The position numbers were made by a program, and so were the translations under genes. A stretch of 63,229 bases of DNA, counting the filler, from Octopus bimaculoides (lineage: Eukaryota): assembly GCF_001194135.2 (NCBI RefSeq). It is 3 parts of 3 records of this genome, joined end to end, with 100 filler letters (N's around TTAATTAATTAA, not from the genome) between each part and the next. Parts side by side here need not be neighbours in the genome. Positions count along the whole stretch, not along the records: positions 54,824 to 63,229 come from NC_068986.1; 2 more parts are not named here. One strand, 5' to 3'. Below, piece by piece: positions 61,301 to 63,229 of the stretch (the first letter of the stretch is position 1; every line of letters begins with the position of its first letter). The notes under the pieces were generated by a model. That model worked only from the letters and a program-made list of their open reading frames with translations. It searched no databases and was not told the origin of the DNA.

Positions 61301-62158
61301 TATTCTAGCTTCTTCCGTATGCAGGTCAGACTTAATAACCAATTTTGATTAAAACTTGCTACAGACTCAAGCGAAATATATTTTTACAATATGATTTTTT
61401 AAAAACTTTTTATTTTCTTTACTGATTTCGGGAAAGAAAGAGTAAGTATAGAACGAGACGTATATCTGGGTATGTGAATTGAAGGGAAGGAAACAAATGA
61501 ATGACTTGTTACAGATTTCTCAACAAATAATTGGGAGTGAAGTTTAGAAATTAATAGTCTATGTGGTTATTATCGATATGAAAATTTTCCTAAAAAAACG
61601 AAATCAATACTTACATACAGGCACATTCACATGTAAGGATACAGTGAGATTCAATCTCTCTTTCGCCGCCTCTCTTACGTATATATATANNNNNNNNNNN
61701 NNNNNNNNNNNNNNNNNNNNNNNNNNNNNNNNNNNNNNNNNNNNNNNNNNNNNNNNNNNNNNNNNNNNNNNNNNNNNNNNNNNNNNNNNNNNNNNNNNNN
61801 NNNNNNNNNNNNNNNNNNNNNNNNNNNNNNNNNNNNNNNNNNNNNNNNNNNNNNNNNNNNNNNNNNNNNNNNNNNNNNNNNNNNNNNNNNNNNNNNNNNN
61901 NNNNNNNNNNNNNNNNNNNNNNNNNNNNNNNNNNNNNNNNNNNNNNNNNNNNNNNNNNNNNNNNNNNNNNNNNNNNNNNNNNNNNNNNNNNNNNNNNNNN
62001 NNNNNNNNNNNNNNNNNNNNNNNNNNNNNNNNNNNNNNNNNNNNNNNNNNNNNNNNNNNNNNNNNNNNNNNNNNNNNNNNNNNNNNNNNNNNNNNNNNNN
62101 NNNNNNNNNNNNNNNNNNNNNNNNNNNNNNNNNNNNNNNNNNNNNNNNNNNNNNNNNN

Positions 62159-62213
<55 letters not shown>

Positions 62214-62353
62214 ATATATATATGTATATTATACTTTTACAAGAGGCTGACATATGTTTAAAGACACGCATGTATATATATTATATTTACACATACATAC
62301 ATACACACACACACAAACACAAGCACACACACTCACAAATACACACACGCACG

Positions 62354-62419
<66 letters not shown>

Positions 62420-62879
62420 AAGAAATACATATATAAATATACATATAGATGTATGCTTGCTTATATTTTGATATTCTTCATCTTGTACTAAATTGACACT
62501 CCCTGCTTGAAGGACAGCCAGTAAAAATCAATACCATTTATTTAGTTGTAAGCGATATAAAACGAATATAAAACAGAAAAACAAATGAGAAAATATACAA
62601 ACTAAAAAAGCTACATTTCAATATAAATAAAAATATAAAAAAAAGTTTCGTATGATCTCTCTAAAAAGATAAGATATGAAAAGATGCTTCCCCCCTCTAA
62701 CCGTACATATTATAGGAATATATTCTAATTATATCTTTATAAAACTTCAACTCGGAATATTTCTTCGAGCAATATGGATTCTTCTAAGAGTGGTTAGGCA
62801 CAATTAAGATCTCTGCTGATTGAGATCTTAGAGAAAATTTCGTTCCCAAGTTATAGATATCAATATTATATCTGAAGTT

Positions 62880-63065
62880 TTTATCTCTTATCATGCTTTC
62901 GATTCGGTCATTGGACTGAAGCCTTACTGGGACACCACCACGATGGGTCGTCTTAGTGGAACCTGTACTTATGTTGTCATTAATCATGGTGCTTATTATA
63001 TCGGTCAATTTTGTCGAACGGCTAATGTGTGGTACTGATAAAAAAACAACACCAGTTGGCAAGTA
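62880..63065 (-). mobile_element. SINE-like family C, degenerate
   Basis: Reverse complement aligns by eye with 9793-9985 (CAACTGGTGTTG, TTAGCCGTTCGACAAAA, CAGTCCAATGAC). Confidence 0.7.
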
Positions 63066-63109
63066 TTGTTGGATGGGCAAGCATAAGCACAAAGGCATTG
63101 CACACAAGC

Positions 63110-63145
<36 letters not shown>

Positions 63146-63229
63146 CCTTTCCTGAGCGTCCAATAATACTATCCATATCACGTCCTCACTTTGTTGTTTT
63201 TTTGTTTTTTTGTTATTGTGTTTTTGAAC

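Noticed and set aside
62784-63176. 130-aa minus ORF and a plus-strand YVV...YYIGQ GIY-YIG-like motif
   Set aside because: The DNA aligns with SINE-like family C (9793-9985); the open frames are incidental.

Overview
Eukaryotic, AT-rich, repeat-dominated DNA, most likely from an octopus or another coleoid cephalopod (inferred from recalled SINE/RTE families and very dense microsatellites). It comes from a gapped draft assembly. I found no intact host protein-coding gene, rRNA, tRNA gene or CRISPR array. Nearly all ORF-track entries are microsatellite or N-gap artefacts, or decayed transposon frames. Recognisable content: fragments of CR1/Jockey-like, RTE, R4/Dong-like (RLE) and L1/Tx1-like retrotransposons; mariner and maT (DD37D-type) transposase relics; pogo-type and hAT-type MITEs; a Helitron helicase fragment; one complete and two partial non-autonomous Helitrons; several SINE families; a GC-rich satellite; and several palindromes. 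Two identical 100-bp spacers (44 N + TTAATTAATTAA + 44 N) split the window into three blocks. The middle block (28210-54723) is strongly CpG-depleted while both flanks are not. A few exon-like segments are listed at low confidence. I cannot support a claim of a new biological system. The best leads are the CpG step at the joins, a perfect 67-bp palindrome, a complete Helitron with a miRNA-like hairpin, and TAA-associated R4/Dong copies. Most mobile-element boundaries are approximate (tens of bp) unless termini are quoted.
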